Shown piece after piece: positions 1 through 9,758 of a stretch of DNA of 24,000 nt. Location of the stretch: contig CABMKH010000005.1 of assembly GCA_902386935.1 (NCBI GenBank), positions 100,495 to 124,494 on the forward strand. Direction: 5' to 3'. The number at the start of each line of letters is the position of its first letter. Position 1 is the first letter of the stretch. The stretch comes from Varibaculum timonense. GTDB lineage: Bacteria > Bacillota > Clostridia > Tissierellales > Tissierellaceae. A program made the translations under genes and the position numbers. The notes under the pieces were generated by a model. That model was given only the letters and a program-made list of their open reading frames with translations, was not told the origin of the DNA and made no database searches.

Positions 1-1
1 C

Positions 2-535
2 ACATATCAGGCAGTATCAGGTTCAGGACTTGGAGGAATAAAGGACTTGGAAGAGGGAAATGTGGAGTTCTATCCCTATCAGATTCAATACAATGTCCTA
101 CCTCATATAGATGTATTTTTAGACAATGGATATACAAAAGAAGAGATGAAGATGATAGATGAAACAAAGAAGATACTAAAAGATGACAATATAAGAATAA
201 CAGCTACAACAGTAAGAGTTCCAGTAAAGTACAGCCATAGTATATCAGCAAATATTGAGCTTAAAAAGGCCTTTGATATAGAAGAATTAAGTGAAGAACT
301 GGCTAATTTCAATGGAATTGTCCTATATGATGATGTAAAAGAGAACAAATACCCTATGGCCATAGATGTTCAAGGAAAGGATGAGGTATATATAGGTAGA
401 ATAAGAAGGGATTATAGTCTAGAAAATGGAATCAATATATGGGTGGTTGCAGATAATGTGAGAAAGGGAGCAGCCACTAATGCTGTCCAGATAGCAGAGA
501 TATTAGGTAAGGACATATTAGAAAGGAGAGCATAG
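2..535 (+). CDS. asd: Aspartate-semialdehyde dehydrogenase, C-terminal part (5' end lies outside the window)
   Basis: The frame of ORF 47..535 stays open back to base 2 (TYQAVSGSGLGGIKDLEEG...). It has an Asd-like C-terminus (VADNVRKGAATNAVQIAEIL). hom-thrC-thrB follow directly. Confidence 0.9.
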   Translation, partial: TYQAVSGSGLGGIKDLEEGNVEFYPYQIQYNVLPHIDVFLDNGYTKEEMKMIDETKKILKDDNIRITATTVRVPVKYSHSISANIELKKAFDIEELSEELANFNGIVLYDDVKENKYPMAIDVQGKDEVYIGRIRRDYSLENGINIWVVADNVRKGAATNAVQIAEILGKDILERRA

Positions 536-1747
536 ATGATAGGAATTGGACTTTTAGGCCTTGGAACTGTAGGCCAAGGGGTAGTGGAGATTTTAGAGGA
601 GAGAAGGGATGCTTTAAAGTCACTATTAAAGGAAGATGTATCCATCAAAAAAATACTAGTAAGGGATATTCACAAGAAGAGGAATATCAAAGTTTCTGAG
701 GGAATACTTACAGATGATTTTCAAGATATTTTAGATGAAGAAGTGGATATTGTCATAGAAGTTACTAGTGATTTAGAACAGAGCTATAGGTATATAGTAG
801 AGGCTATGAATAAGGGAAAACACATAGTCACAGCAAATAAGGCCATAGTATCTAAGTATTTTGAAGAATTAAATGAGCTATCTATAAAGAATGGTGTTGG
901 ATTTTTATATGAGGCCAGTGTAGGTGGTGGTATTCCTGTACTAAAGCCATTGAAGGAACAGATAGTGTTAAATGATATAGATGAAGTTCAGGGTATACTC
1001 AATGGAACTTGTAACTATATACTGACAAATATGTTTGAAAGGGATTTAGATTATGATGAAGTATTGAGAACTGCCCAAGAATTAGGATATGCAGAAGCTG
1101 ATCCATCTGCAGATGTGCAGGGACATGATACACTGCGAAAATTGAGAATACTGGCAACTCTTGGACTCCAAGGGAAGATTACAGAGGAGGATATCCTACT
1201 GGAAGGTATAGACAATATAAATGCCTTTGACATAGCTCAGATAAAGAGACTAGATAGCACTATAAAACTCATAGGAGAGGCTAAGAGGAGAGGAGATGGC
1301 TTTACAGCAGTAGTTCAGCCTATGATCATAAAAAATGATTCCTATTTTGCCAGTGTAAATGGAGCTTTTAATTCTGTAGCTTTCAAAGGTAATAATGTAG
1401 GAGAATTGAAATTCTATGGTTCAGGAGCAGGAAAACTACCTACTGCCAATGCAATTCTATCTGATGTAATAGATATCATAATGGATTCTCATAGGGAGAA
1501 CTCCTTAGGAGATGATGTACTTTCAAATGAGAATCATATGATACATGGACAATATTATCTTAGGATTTCTCCTGTAGCAGGTGAAGGAGTACCTAATATA
1601 TTATCAGAGATATCAGAAGAGATATTGGCACAGGGAGAATATATATCTATAAAGACAAAAGCCACAGGTCTTTATAAGATATATGATGTCCTTAGAGAAC
1701 TAGGACTAAGTAAGGATGAATATTTCTTAGCCAGATTTTTTGATTAG
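536..1747 (+). CDS. hom: Homoserine dehydrogenase
   Basis: N-terminal Rossmann motif GLLGLGTVGQGV. Typical Hom core (TANKA, EASVGGGIPV, ILNGTCNYILT, GYAEADPSADV). RBS AAAGGAG lies upstream, and the ATG abuts the asd stop. Confidence 0.92.
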   Translation: MIGIGLLGLGTVGQGVVEILEERRDALKSLLKEDVSIKKILVRDIHKKRNIKVSEGILTDDFQDILDEEVDIVIEVTSDLEQSYRYIVEAMNKGKHIVTANKAIVSKYFEELNELSIKNGVGFLYEASVGGGIPVLKPLKEQIVLNDIDEVQGILNGTCNYILTNMFERDLDYDEVLRTAQELGYAEADPSADVQGHDTLRKLRILATLGLQGKITEEDILLEGIDNINAFDIAQIKRLDSTIKLIGEAKRRGDGFTAVVQPMIIKNDSYFASVNGAFNSVAFKGNNVGELKFYGSGAGKLPTANAILSDVIDIIMDSHRENSLGDDVLSNENHMIHGQYYLRISPVAGEGVPNILSEISEEILAQGEYISIKTKATGLYKIYDVLRELGLSKDEYFLARFFD

Positions 1748-1758
1748 AGGTGGAATAT

Positions 1759-3243
1759 ATGAAATTTGTAAGTACTAGAAATAGAGAAAATATAGTAAGT
1801 ACAGGTCAGGCAATCTTACAGGGCATATCAAGGGATGGGGGGCTATTTGCCCCCTGTATATTTCCAAGTATAGGAGATTTGGAGTCCTTGTTGGAATTAG
1901 ATTATAGGGAAATAGCTTTATTCATATTGGGAAGTTTTTTTCCAGAACTGGGAATGGATTATCTGAAGGAATCCATAGATAAGGCCTATGATGACAAGTT
2001 CCAAGACAAGGAAATAGCCTCCTTAGTAGATGTGGGAGATATGGAATTTTTAGAACTATATCATGGTCCTACACTGGCATTTAAGGATATGGCCCTATCT
2101 ATATTACCCTATCTCATAAGGGGAGCAGAAAGTATAGAGAAAATCGACAAAGAGATACTCATATTGACAGCTACCTCTGGAGATACAGGAAAGGCAGCTC
2201 TAGAGGGTTTTGCCAATGTAAAAGGCATAAAGATAATGGTGTTTTATCCAGAAAATGGAGTCAGCAATATTCAAAGACTACAGATGATAACCCAAGAGGG
2301 AGACAATACCATGGTAGTAGGCATAAAGGGAAATTTTGACCATGCTCAGAGTGGGGTAAAGGCCATATTTAATGACATGGACCTTAAAGAGTTATTAGAT
2401 AGACATGACTATATACTGTCCTCTGCCAACTCTATCAATATAGGCAGACTAATACCTCAAATTGTATACTATATCCATGGATATATGTCCATGGTAAAGA
2501 GAAACAAAATCCAAATGGGAGAGGAGATAAATATAGTAGTTCCCACAGGGAATTTTGGGAATATATTGGCAGCTTATTATGCTAAGAATATGGGATTGCC
2601 AATAGGGAAACTCATATGTGCATCTAATGAAAATAATGTATTGACAGATTTTTTCAACAAAGGAGTATATGATAGTAGGCGAGAATTACTTCTCACATCT
2701 TCTCCATCTATGGACATACTCATATCTAGTAATCTAGAACGGCTATTATTCCATCTAAGGGGTGAAGATGACAAACTCATATCTAGGAAGATGGAAGACC
2801 TTGTAAAGAGAGGATATTATGATATGGAGGGAATGGATACTCAGGATATCTATGGAAATTATGCAGTGGAAGAAGAGATATCATGGGGAATAAATCATCT
2901 ATTCCAGAAGTATGGATATCTAGTAGACCCACATACTGCTGTAGCCTATATGGTATATAGAAAATACCTAGAGGAGACAAAAGACCATAGAAAGGCCATA
3001 ATAGTATCTACAGCCAGTCCATTTAAATTTGGAGGAAAGGTAGCATCCTCTATAGGAATTGATATTAGAGATGAGGATGAATTTGATATACTTAAGTCCC
3101 TATCTGAAAAGACAGGCATAGATATGCCAAGTAGTGTTGAGAGACTAAGGGACAAACCTGTTCGACATCATAGTGTAGTAGATAGAGATGAGATGAAGGC
3201 TATGGTGATGAAGTTTTTGAATATAGGTGATATATATGATTAA
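1759..3243 (+). CDS. thrC: Threonine synthase (long form)
   Basis: MKFVSTRN start and PLP-lysine motif LAFKDMAL, followed by TSGDTGKAA. I prefer ATG 1759 (RBS AGGTGG at 1748-1753) over the track's GTG at 1750. Confidence 0.9.
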   Translation: MKFVSTRNRENIVSTGQAILQGISRDGGLFAPCIFPSIGDLESLLELDYREIALFILGSFFPELGMDYLKESIDKAYDDKFQDKEIASLVDVGDMEFLELYHGPTLAFKDMALSILPYLIRGAESIEKIDKEILILTATSGDTGKAALEGFANVKGIKIMVFYPENGVSNIQRLQMITQEGDNTMVVGIKGNFDHAQSGVKAIFNDMDLKELLDRHDYILSSANSINIGRLIPQIVYYIHGYMSMVKRNKIQMGEEINIVVPTGNFGNILAAYYAKNMGLPIGKLICASNENNVLTDFFNKGVYDSRRELLLTSSPSMDILISSNLERLLFHLRGEDDKLISRKMEDLVKRGYYDMEGMDTQDIYGNYAVEEEISWGINHLFQKYGYLVDPHTAVAYMVYRKYLEETKDHRKAIIVSTASPFKFGGKVASSIGIDIRDEDEFDILKSLSEKTGIDMPSSVERLRDKPVRHHSVVDRDEMKAMVMKFLNIGDIYD

Positions 3244-4117
3244 TATAAGGGTACCTGGAACTAGTGCCAATATAGGCCCTGGATTTGACACTCTAGGTCT
3301 GGCTTTAGATATATACAATGAGTTTAGATTTCAGGAGATTCCAGAGGGAATAGAGATTCAGGGTTTTGAAAAAGAGATTCACCTTGAAGACAATCTAATA
3401 TATACATCTATGATGGAGACTTTTAGGGAGATAGGATGTAGGCCAAAGGGAGTTAGAGTAGATGTATCTGCTAATATTCCAATCTCCAGAGGATTAGGTA
3501 GTAGTGCCTCCTGTATCCTAGGTGGTGTTGTAGGAGCTAATGAATTAGCAGGATCACCTCTGTCAAGAGAAGAGATATTCAAGTTAGCTACGAAAATAGA
3601 GGGACATCCTGACAATATAGCACCTGCCCTATTTGGAGGTCTAGTAGTATCCATAATGGAGGGAGATAGGATACTATATAATACTGTAGAGGTTCACAAG
3701 GGTATAAAGTTTATAGCTTTGATTCCAGACTTTGTTCTATCCACAAGAAGATCTAGGGAAGTCCTACCTGAGACTATAGATTTTCAACAGGGAATCAATA
3801 ATATAAGTAGAGTGTCACTATTATTGTCTGCTTTATCCAATGGTAGATTTGACCTATTGAGATATTCTCTAGAGGACGTACTTCACCAGCCCTATAGGGG
3901 AAAACTTATACCAAATTTTTTTAATATATTAAATAAATGTTGGGATATGGGAGTATTAGGGGTATATTTAAGTGGAGCAGGTCCTACCATCATGTGCATA
4001 GTAGAAGAAGATGATGAGAAATTTAAAGAGGAAATAGGAGAATATCTAGAGGTATTGGAAGACAATTGGGATATAATGGAACTCCATATGGATTTAGATG
4101 GTACTAGGATCGGCTAA
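3236..4117 (+). CDS. thrB: Homoserine kinase (GHMP family)
   Basis: VPGTSANIGPGFD N-terminus and GHMP motif PISRGLGSSAS. ATG 3236 is preceded by AGGTGA. The track's GTG at 3227 would overlap that RBS. Confidence 0.9.
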   Translation: MINIRVPGTSANIGPGFDTLGLALDIYNEFRFQEIPEGIEIQGFEKEIHLEDNLIYTSMMETFREIGCRPKGVRVDVSANIPISRGLGSSASCILGGVVGANELAGSPLSREEIFKLATKIEGHPDNIAPALFGGLVVSIMEGDRILYNTVEVHKGIKFIALIPDFVLSTRRSREVLPETIDFQQGINNISRVSLLLSALSNGRFDLLRYSLEDVLHQPYRGKLIPNFFNILNKCWDMGVLGVYLSGAGPTIMCIVEEDDEKFKEEIGEYLEVLEDNWDIMELHMDLDGTRIG

Positions 4118-4161
4118 GCTGGAATAGGACTTATAGTAAATACTATTTGGAGGGGATAATA

Positions 4162-5823
4162 GTGAAGGATACCATGAAAGTCTATGTAGAGGGATTTGGA
4201 GAGATAAATATTGAGAGAGGTACTACTTTAGAAGAATTATCCAAGAAGATATATGGAGAAGAGTATAAGAGATATCTAGGGGCTAGGATTGATAATGAAG
4301 TAATGTATCTAGGAAGAGAAGTAGAAGAGGGAAAATATATTAAATTCATAGATATAAGAGACAAAGATGGCCATAGGATATACTCTAGAACATTATCTAT
4401 TATATTCATAAAGGCATGTAGAGATATATTTCCAGAGTGCAAGGTGACTATAGAGCATTCTTTAGGTGAAGGATTATATGCAGAGATCTATAAGGAAGAA
4501 AGTATCAACTTCACTCAAATAGAACTCATAAAAGACAGGATGAAAGAGATAATAGTAAGTGATATACCTATTGAGAGGAAAAAGGTCTCTAGAGATATTG
4601 CCATAGAAAAATGTAGAGAGTATGGCTATGATGGAGAGGTAAGACTATTAAAACATATAGAGAAGGATAGTATACATATCTACAAGGTAGGAGATCATAT
4701 AGATAGATTTCATGGATATCTTGCACCTTCTACAGGATATGCCAGTATCTTCGATTTAAAATATTATTATCCAGGGGCTATATTGTTGTTTCCAACAGAG
4801 GAAAGTGAATATACAGTGCCTGAATTCAAAGAACAGCCTAAATTGGCCAGGGTATTTAAACAGGCAGAGGACTGGGCAAGTATTTTAGACTTAGGTTATT
4901 TAGGTTCGTTAAATGACAAGGTAGAAGATGGGTCCATACTAGAGGTGATAAGGGTATCAGAGGCACTTCATGAGAAGAAGATAGCCCAGATAGCAGATAT
5001 GATCTGTGAGGATAAGAACTTGAATATAATCTTAATAGCAGGTCCATCTTCATCAGGTAAGACTACTTTTTCCAAAAGGTTGGAAGTACAGTTAAAGGTA
5101 AATGGAAAACTTCCCATATCCATATCTGTAGATGACTATTTTGTAAATAGGGAAGATACTCCATTAAATGAATATGGTGAATATGACTTTGAAGCTTTGG
5201 AGGCCATAGATCTTAAACGACTAAATAGGGATCTGATAAGGTTATTGGAAGGGGAAGAGGTAGAACTACCTAGATTTAACTTCAAGACTGGAAGAAGAGA
5301 ATTATCTGGGACCAAGATACGTGTAGATGAAAACCATCCCATAATAGTAGAGGGAATCCATGCTCTGAACTCTAAGATGACATCATCTATACCAGAGAAG
5401 AATAAGTTCAAGATATATGTAAGTGCTTTGACTCAATTGAATATAGATGAACACAATCGAATTCCAACTACAGATACTAGAATTATCAGAAGAATGGTAA
5501 GAGATGTGGAGTTTAGAGGGAATAGCATATTGAGGACCCTTGAGTTGTGGGACAATGTGAGAAGGGGAGAAGAGAAAAATATATTTCCATATCAAGAAGA
5601 GGCAGATGTCATGTTTGACTCTGCGTTAGTATATGAATTGGGGGTATTGAAAAAACATATAGTACCTTTGCTTGAAGAAGTAGATGAGGAGAGTCAATAT
5701 TATTCAGAGGTAAAAAGACTACTTAAATTCCTTGGATATTTTAAGGATATAGAAAAGGAAAATTTCATACCACCAAACTCCATATTGAGGGAATTCATAG
5801 GAGGTTCTTGTTTTTATGAGTAA
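4162..5823 (+). CDS. Fusion protein: ThrRS-N-terminal-like (TGS + degenerate editing-like) domain joined to a uridine kinase/PRK-family P-loop kinase domain
   Basis: The N-terminus aligns by eye to the ThrRS N-terminus (VY..G....ERGTTLEELS...; IYSRTLSIIFIKACRDIFP versus the ThrRS RHSxAHLLxxA..L.P). The C-terminal half has Walker A GPSSSGKTTF and Udk-like blocks (IVEGIHAL, RRMVRDVEFRG). The start is ambiguous: GTG 4162 after GGAGGGG, ATG 4174, or the track's TTG 4147. Confidence 0.75.
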   Translation: MKDTMKVYVEGFGEINIERGTTLEELSKKIYGEEYKRYLGARIDNEVMYLGREVEEGKYIKFIDIRDKDGHRIYSRTLSIIFIKACRDIFPECKVTIEHSLGEGLYAEIYKEESINFTQIELIKDRMKEIIVSDIPIERKKVSRDIAIEKCREYGYDGEVRLLKHIEKDSIHIYKVGDHIDRFHGYLAPSTGYASIFDLKYYYPGAILLFPTEESEYTVPEFKEQPKLARVFKQAEDWASILDLGYLGSLNDKVEDGSILEVIRVSEALHEKKIAQIADMICEDKNLNIILIAGPSSSGKTTFSKRLEVQLKVNGKLPISISVDDYFVNREDTPLNEYGEYDFEALEAIDLKRLNRDLIRLLEGEEVELPRFNFKTGRRELSGTKIRVDENHPIIVEGIHALNSKMTSSIPEKNKFKIYVSALTQLNIDEHNRIPTTDTRIIRRMVRDVEFRGNSILRTLELWDNVRRGEEKNIFPYQEEADVMFDSALVYELGVLKKHIVPLLEEVDEESQYYSEVKRLLKFLGYFKDIEKENFIPPNSILREFIGGSCFYE

Positions 5824-5853
5824 TAGTATATAATCATGTAAAGGAGGGATTCT

Positions 5854-6405
5854 ATGAAGGTAATTGTATTCTTGGCAGATGGATTTGAAGAGGTAGAAGC
5901 TTTGACAGTAGTGGACTATCTCAGGAGGATGGATATAGAAGTAGATATGGTATCTATCACTGGGGAAAAACAGGTAAAGGGAGCCCATGATATCAAGGTA
6001 TTGGCAGATAAGGTAATAGCTGATATTGATATATCTTTCTATGATGGAGGTATAATTCCAGGTGGGATGCCTGGAGCAACTAATCTAAGGGATCATGACA
6101 AGGTCATAGATATGATGAGAACACTATATGAAGGAAAGAAGCTAGTAGCAGCTATCTGTGCAGGTCCCATAGTATTGGAGAGGGCAGGTATAATAAGGGG
6201 CAAGGAGATTACATCCTATCCAGGTTTTGAAGAGAAACTAAAGGATGGCATATATAGAGAAGACCCAGTAGTAAGAGATGATAATATAATAACTGCTAGA
6301 GGACCAGCATTGGCAGTAGATTTTGCCATAGAGATAGTGAAGTACTTCTTAGGTGAAGAGAGGACAGAGGATCTAAAGAACAATATCTTATATAGAAGAT
6401 TTTAG
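5854..6405 (+). CDS. DJ-1/PfpI (ThiJ) family protein
   Basis: Nucleophile-elbow motif AAICAGP and typical DJ-1 blocks (ADGFEEVEA, IPGGMPGA). RBS AAAGGAGGG lies upstream. Confidence 0.85.
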   Translation: MKVIVFLADGFEEVEALTVVDYLRRMDIEVDMVSITGEKQVKGAHDIKVLADKVIADIDISFYDGGIIPGGMPGATNLRDHDKVIDMMRTLYEGKKLVAAICAGPIVLERAGIIRGKEITSYPGFEEKLKDGIYREDPVVRDDNIITARGPALAVDFAIEIVKYFLGEERTEDLKNNILYRRF

Positions 6406-6406
6406 A

Positions 6407-6437
6407 AGACTAGGTAAAAGTTTATCTAGTCTTTTTC
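6407..6437 (+). terminator. Rho-independent terminator closing the thr-extended operon
   Basis: Stem AGACTAG(GTAAA)...(TTTAT)CTAGTCT followed by TTTTTC. It belongs to the same sequence family as the terminators at 18872 and 20803. Confidence 0.7.
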
Positions 6438-6447
6438 TATTTAACTA

Positions 6448-6456
6448 TGTTACAAT
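6448..6456 (+). promoter_or_regulatory. Candidate extended -10 promoter (TGtTACAAT) for the ABC operon
   Basis: TGnTACAAT lies ~28 nt upstream of the ABC ATPase start. No convincing -35 is present. Confidence 0.35.
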
Positions 6457-6483
6457 AAAAAAGACAGACAAAGGAGGGAGAAT

Positions 6484-7263
6484 ATGGAGCCCATAATAAC
6501 CATAAAAAACTTGAGCAAATCCTATGGAGATAAGGAAGTCCTTAGAGATATAAACCTCAATGTATATAGGGGGGAGATCATAGGCTATATAGGTCCAAAT
6601 GGAGCAGGTAAAAGTACTACAGTCAAGATAATGCTAGGGCTTATAGAAGAATATAAAGGAGAAGTCAATATATTAGGACAGGACATAAGAAAAGAGAGTA
6701 TAGAATACAAAAGAAGAATAGGATATGTTCCAGAGACTGGAGATATATATGAAAATCTAACAGCTAGAGAATATCTAACCTTTATAGGAGAACTCTATGG
6801 AATGGAATATGAGGAAGTAGATGAAAAAGCTGAAAGATTGATGGAACTATTTGGCATAAAGGGTGTATATGATTCTAGGATTAGTTCTTATTCTAAGGGG
6901 ATGAGACAGAAGGTCTTGATTATATCAGCTTTAATCAATGATCCAGATATACTATTTTTAGATGAGCCTCTAAGTGGTATGGATGCCAATAGTGTAATGG
7001 TATTTAAAGAGGTCTTAGGAGAATTAGCGAAAAAGGGAAAGACCATATTCTATTCTTCCCATATAATGGAAGTTGTGGAAAGATTAAGCAATAGAATAGT
7101 ACTTATCAACAAGGGACAAATAGTAGCAGATGGAAATATGGAGGATTTAAAAAATAGTTCAGTAGAAGGCTCCCTAGAGATGATATTCAATGAATTGACA
7201 GGATTTAAAGAACATGAGGAAATAGCTAGAGAAATAGTATCTGTCATAAAGAGGGAGGAGTAG
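6484..7263 (+). CDS. ABC transporter ATP-binding protein (ABC-2/NatA-like)
   Basis: Walker A GPNGAGKST, signature variant YSKGMRQKV, Walker B ILFLDEPLSGMD, and an H-loop (SSH). RBS AAAGGAGGGAG. Confidence 0.92.
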   Translation: MEPIITIKNLSKSYGDKEVLRDINLNVYRGEIIGYIGPNGAGKSTTVKIMLGLIEEYKGEVNILGQDIRKESIEYKRRIGYVPETGDIYENLTAREYLTFIGELYGMEYEEVDEKAERLMELFGIKGVYDSRISSYSKGMRQKVLIISALINDPDILFLDEPLSGMDANSVMVFKEVLGELAKKGKTIFYSSHIMEVVERLSNRIVLINKGQIVADGNMEDLKNSSVEGSLEMIFNELTGFKEHEEIAREIVSVIKREE

Positions 7264-7266
7264 GTA

Positions 7267-8910
7267 ATGAGGGATTATGCAGTATTGAGATTTCTAGATC
7301 TATTTGAGAATATATTTAAAATATTTGATATAGATTATATGGCTATGCGAAAGATTCTCCAAGCAAAGCTATTACTAGATAGTAGAAGAGTTGCCACAGT
7401 TTTGCAAAATACCAAGCCCAAGAAGGAACAGGACAAGGATAAAAACAACTTCCTCAAGTCCCTAGGTATGTATCTACTATTAGGGCTTGTAATGATTCCC
7501 ATCATGATATTTGGAGAAAACTATCTATTTCAGATGAGCATTATAATAGGGATGTTTATGTTTTTTATGATGACTTCTTTGATTTCAGATTTTAGCTCTG
7601 TGTTGTTGGATTTACGAGACAAGCAAATTCTACTGTCGAAGCCTATTAATAACAGGACTATAAATATGGCTAAATTGATCCATATATTTTTCTATGTATT
7701 CATGACTACAATGGCAATGATAGGACCAGTACTTATAACATCTTTAATAAAAAATGGAGTGCTGTTCTTCTTCATCTTTTTTATAGAGATAATACTTATA
7801 GACCTATTTTTAATCGTAGTTACAGGACTTATATATCTACTAGTACTTAAGTATTTTGATGGGGAAAAGTTAAGAGACATAATAAACTATGTCCAGATAG
7901 GTCTTACTCTCATATTATCTATAGGATATCAGATGATAGGCAGGATATTTCAGTTTATAGATTTTGACACTATTGAGTTTACCCATAAGTGGTGGACATA
8001 TCTCATATCCCCAATATGGTTTGCAGCACCTTTCCAATTCTTTATAAATGGAGATAGAGAGACATATATACTCAGATATTCGTTGATGGCAGTTATAGTT
8101 CCCATAATCTCCATAATTATATATATAAAATCCATGCCAGCTTTTGAAAGAAATCTACAGAAGTTGGATAGTGCAGGAGGTGCACAGAAAAATAGAAGTA
8201 GGGTCACTAGATTTATATCAAATATTGTATGCAGAACTAAAGAAGAGGCAAATTTCTATAGATTTACAACTAATATGATAAAAAATGAGAGGGTTTTTAA
8301 GCTAAAGGTATATCCAAATCTAGGGATGGGGTTTATATTTCCTCTTTTAATGTTGTTTAGTTTTGGGTATAAAGAGAGTTTTCAAGAACTCTCTAACTCA
8401 AAGGCGTATTTTGTCATATACTTTTCCTATATCATAATTCCTACAATAACTGAATCCTTAAGTCGTTCTGGGAATTACAAAGGGGCATGGATTTATGAAG
8501 TATTGCCTATAGAGTCTGTAGAATCTATCCATAAAGGGGCAATAAAGTCAGGTTTTATAAATCTATTTACACCAGTATATGTCCTAATAAGTATTATATT
8601 TTTACTTATATTTAAGACTAGTATAATAGTCCATGTATTTATAATATACTTAAATATGCTGCTAAGTATAGCCATTCAATTTAGAATATCTCAAAGGGAG
8701 CTGCCCTTTTCTAAGGCCTTTGAAGTATCTGAAGGAAGTGGAGGATTTATAACTATGATATTGTCCTTTATGATCATTGGATTTTTAGGAGGGAGTCACT
8801 ATTTTGTAGAAAAACTAAACTATGGTATTAGTTATATGTATATGGCTATTATCATAATAGCCAATATAATAGTTTGGAAATACTTTTTTAAAGTGAAAAA
8901 GGCAGCTTAA
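7267..8910 (+). CDS. Polytopic membrane protein, putative ABC exporter permease partner
   Basis: It starts 3 nt after the ATPase stop, preceded by RBS GGGAGGAG. It has a charged N-terminal ~60 aa followed by many long hydrophobic segments. I recognise no catalytic motifs. Confidence 0.65.
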   Translation: MRDYAVLRFLDLFENIFKIFDIDYMAMRKILQAKLLLDSRRVATVLQNTKPKKEQDKDKNNFLKSLGMYLLLGLVMIPIMIFGENYLFQMSIIIGMFMFFMMTSLISDFSSVLLDLRDKQILLSKPINNRTINMAKLIHIFFYVFMTTMAMIGPVLITSLIKNGVLFFFIFFIEIILIDLFLIVVTGLIYLLVLKYFDGEKLRDIINYVQIGLTLILSIGYQMIGRIFQFIDFDTIEFTHKWWTYLISPIWFAAPFQFFINGDRETYILRYSLMAVIVPIISIIIYIKSMPAFERNLQKLDSAGGAQKNRSRVTRFISNIVCRTKEEANFYRFTTNMIKNERVFKLKVYPNLGMGFIFPLLMLFSFGYKESFQELSNSKAYFVIYFSYIIIPTITESLSRSGNYKGAWIYEVLPIESVESIHKGAIKSGFINLFTPVYVLISIIFLLIFKTSIIVHVFIIYLNMLLSIAIQFRISQRELPFSKAFEVSEGSGGFITMILSFMIIGFLGGSHYFVEKLNYGISYMYMAIIIIANIIVWKYFFKVKKAA

Positions 8911-8921
8911 TATCACATATG

Positions 8922-9557
8922 TTATTTTAGACTTCCTACAATTTTGGTCCCATGGACCTCTTTTACTCCTGTCTTATTGACTATATCCATATAGTTTTCC
9001 TTGGTGACCCCTCCACCAGCCAATATAGCTATTCTATCATTAGAATAATCCACAAGTTCTTTCAAAGTGTCTAGATTATCCATTGCACTTTGGAGACCAC
9101 CTTTAGTTAGGACCCTATCTATTTTAAGCTCTACTAGTCTATCTAATGCAGACTTCTTATCCTCTATGGAATCAAAGGCCATATGGAAGGTGATCTTCAT
9201 ATCTCCAGCTCTATCTATGAGTCTCTTTATAGTGGATTCATCTATCTTATCATCCTCAGTCAAGGCACCTATGACTACTCCATCTACATTGAGGGATTGA
9301 CAGATTTCTACATCCTTTTCCATAATTTTAATCTCATCTTCATCAAAGACAAAATTACCTCCTCTAGGACGTATTATTACAAATATGGGAATATTCAAGG
9401 CCCTTTTAGTCATCATAATAGTTCCTAAGCTAGGTGTAGTACCTCCTTCTTTTAGATTATCACATAGTTCTATTCTATTTGCACCTAATTCACAGGCTCT
9501 TTTAGCTTCTAAATAATTTCCCACACAGGCTTCTTTCAATATATACATAATTTTCAT
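8922..9557 (-). CDS. cutC: Copper homeostasis protein CutC family
   Basis: CutC-like N-terminus (EACVGNYLEAKRACELGANRIELCDNLKEGGTTPS) and TIM-barrel-like blocks (FHMAFD, RVLTKGG, ILAGGGV). An alternative start at 9548 (MYILKEA) has better SD spacing. Confidence 0.85.
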   Translation of the reverse strand: MKIMYILKEACVGNYLEAKRACELGANRIELCDNLKEGGTTPSLGTIMMTKRALNIPIFVIIRPRGGNFVFDEDEIKIMEKDVEICQSLNVDGVVIGALTEDDKIDESTIKRLIDRAGDMKITFHMAFDSIEDKKSALDRLVELKIDRVLTKGGLQSAMDNLDTLKELVDYSNDRIAILAGGGVTKENYMDIVNKTGVKEVHGTKIVGSLK

Positions 9558-9665
9558 ATCTCCTTTTCAATAATTATATTCCAATATCTTTTATATAATT
9601 ATAGACCATCTAAAAAAATTATCAAATATTATTTAAATAATGAGATCTTTGGATATAAATATCTT

Positions 9666-9740
9666 CTGTACATAACTTACTTATCATTAGGGAAGTTATA
9701 TGTAATAGATTTATAAAAAGCTAGGATATATAATTTTACT
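9666..9740 (+). promoter_or_regulatory. Conserved operator + promoter module, copy 1 (upstream of the PRD regulator)
   Basis: Core CTGTACATAACTTACTTATCATTAGGGAAGTTATATGTAATAGATTTATA. The -35-like TAGATT (9706-9711), a 17-nt spacer and TATAAT (9729-9734) follow. It is repeated at 16282 and 18921. Confidence 0.7.
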
Positions 9741-9758
9741 AGAAAGGATTGTATAATC

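Noticed and set aside
9067-9428. Plus-strand ORFs at 9067..9300 and 9183..9428.
   Set aside because: They lie entirely inside the well-supported minus-strand cutC gene. They give Ser/Leu/Ile-rich nonsense translations with no RBS.
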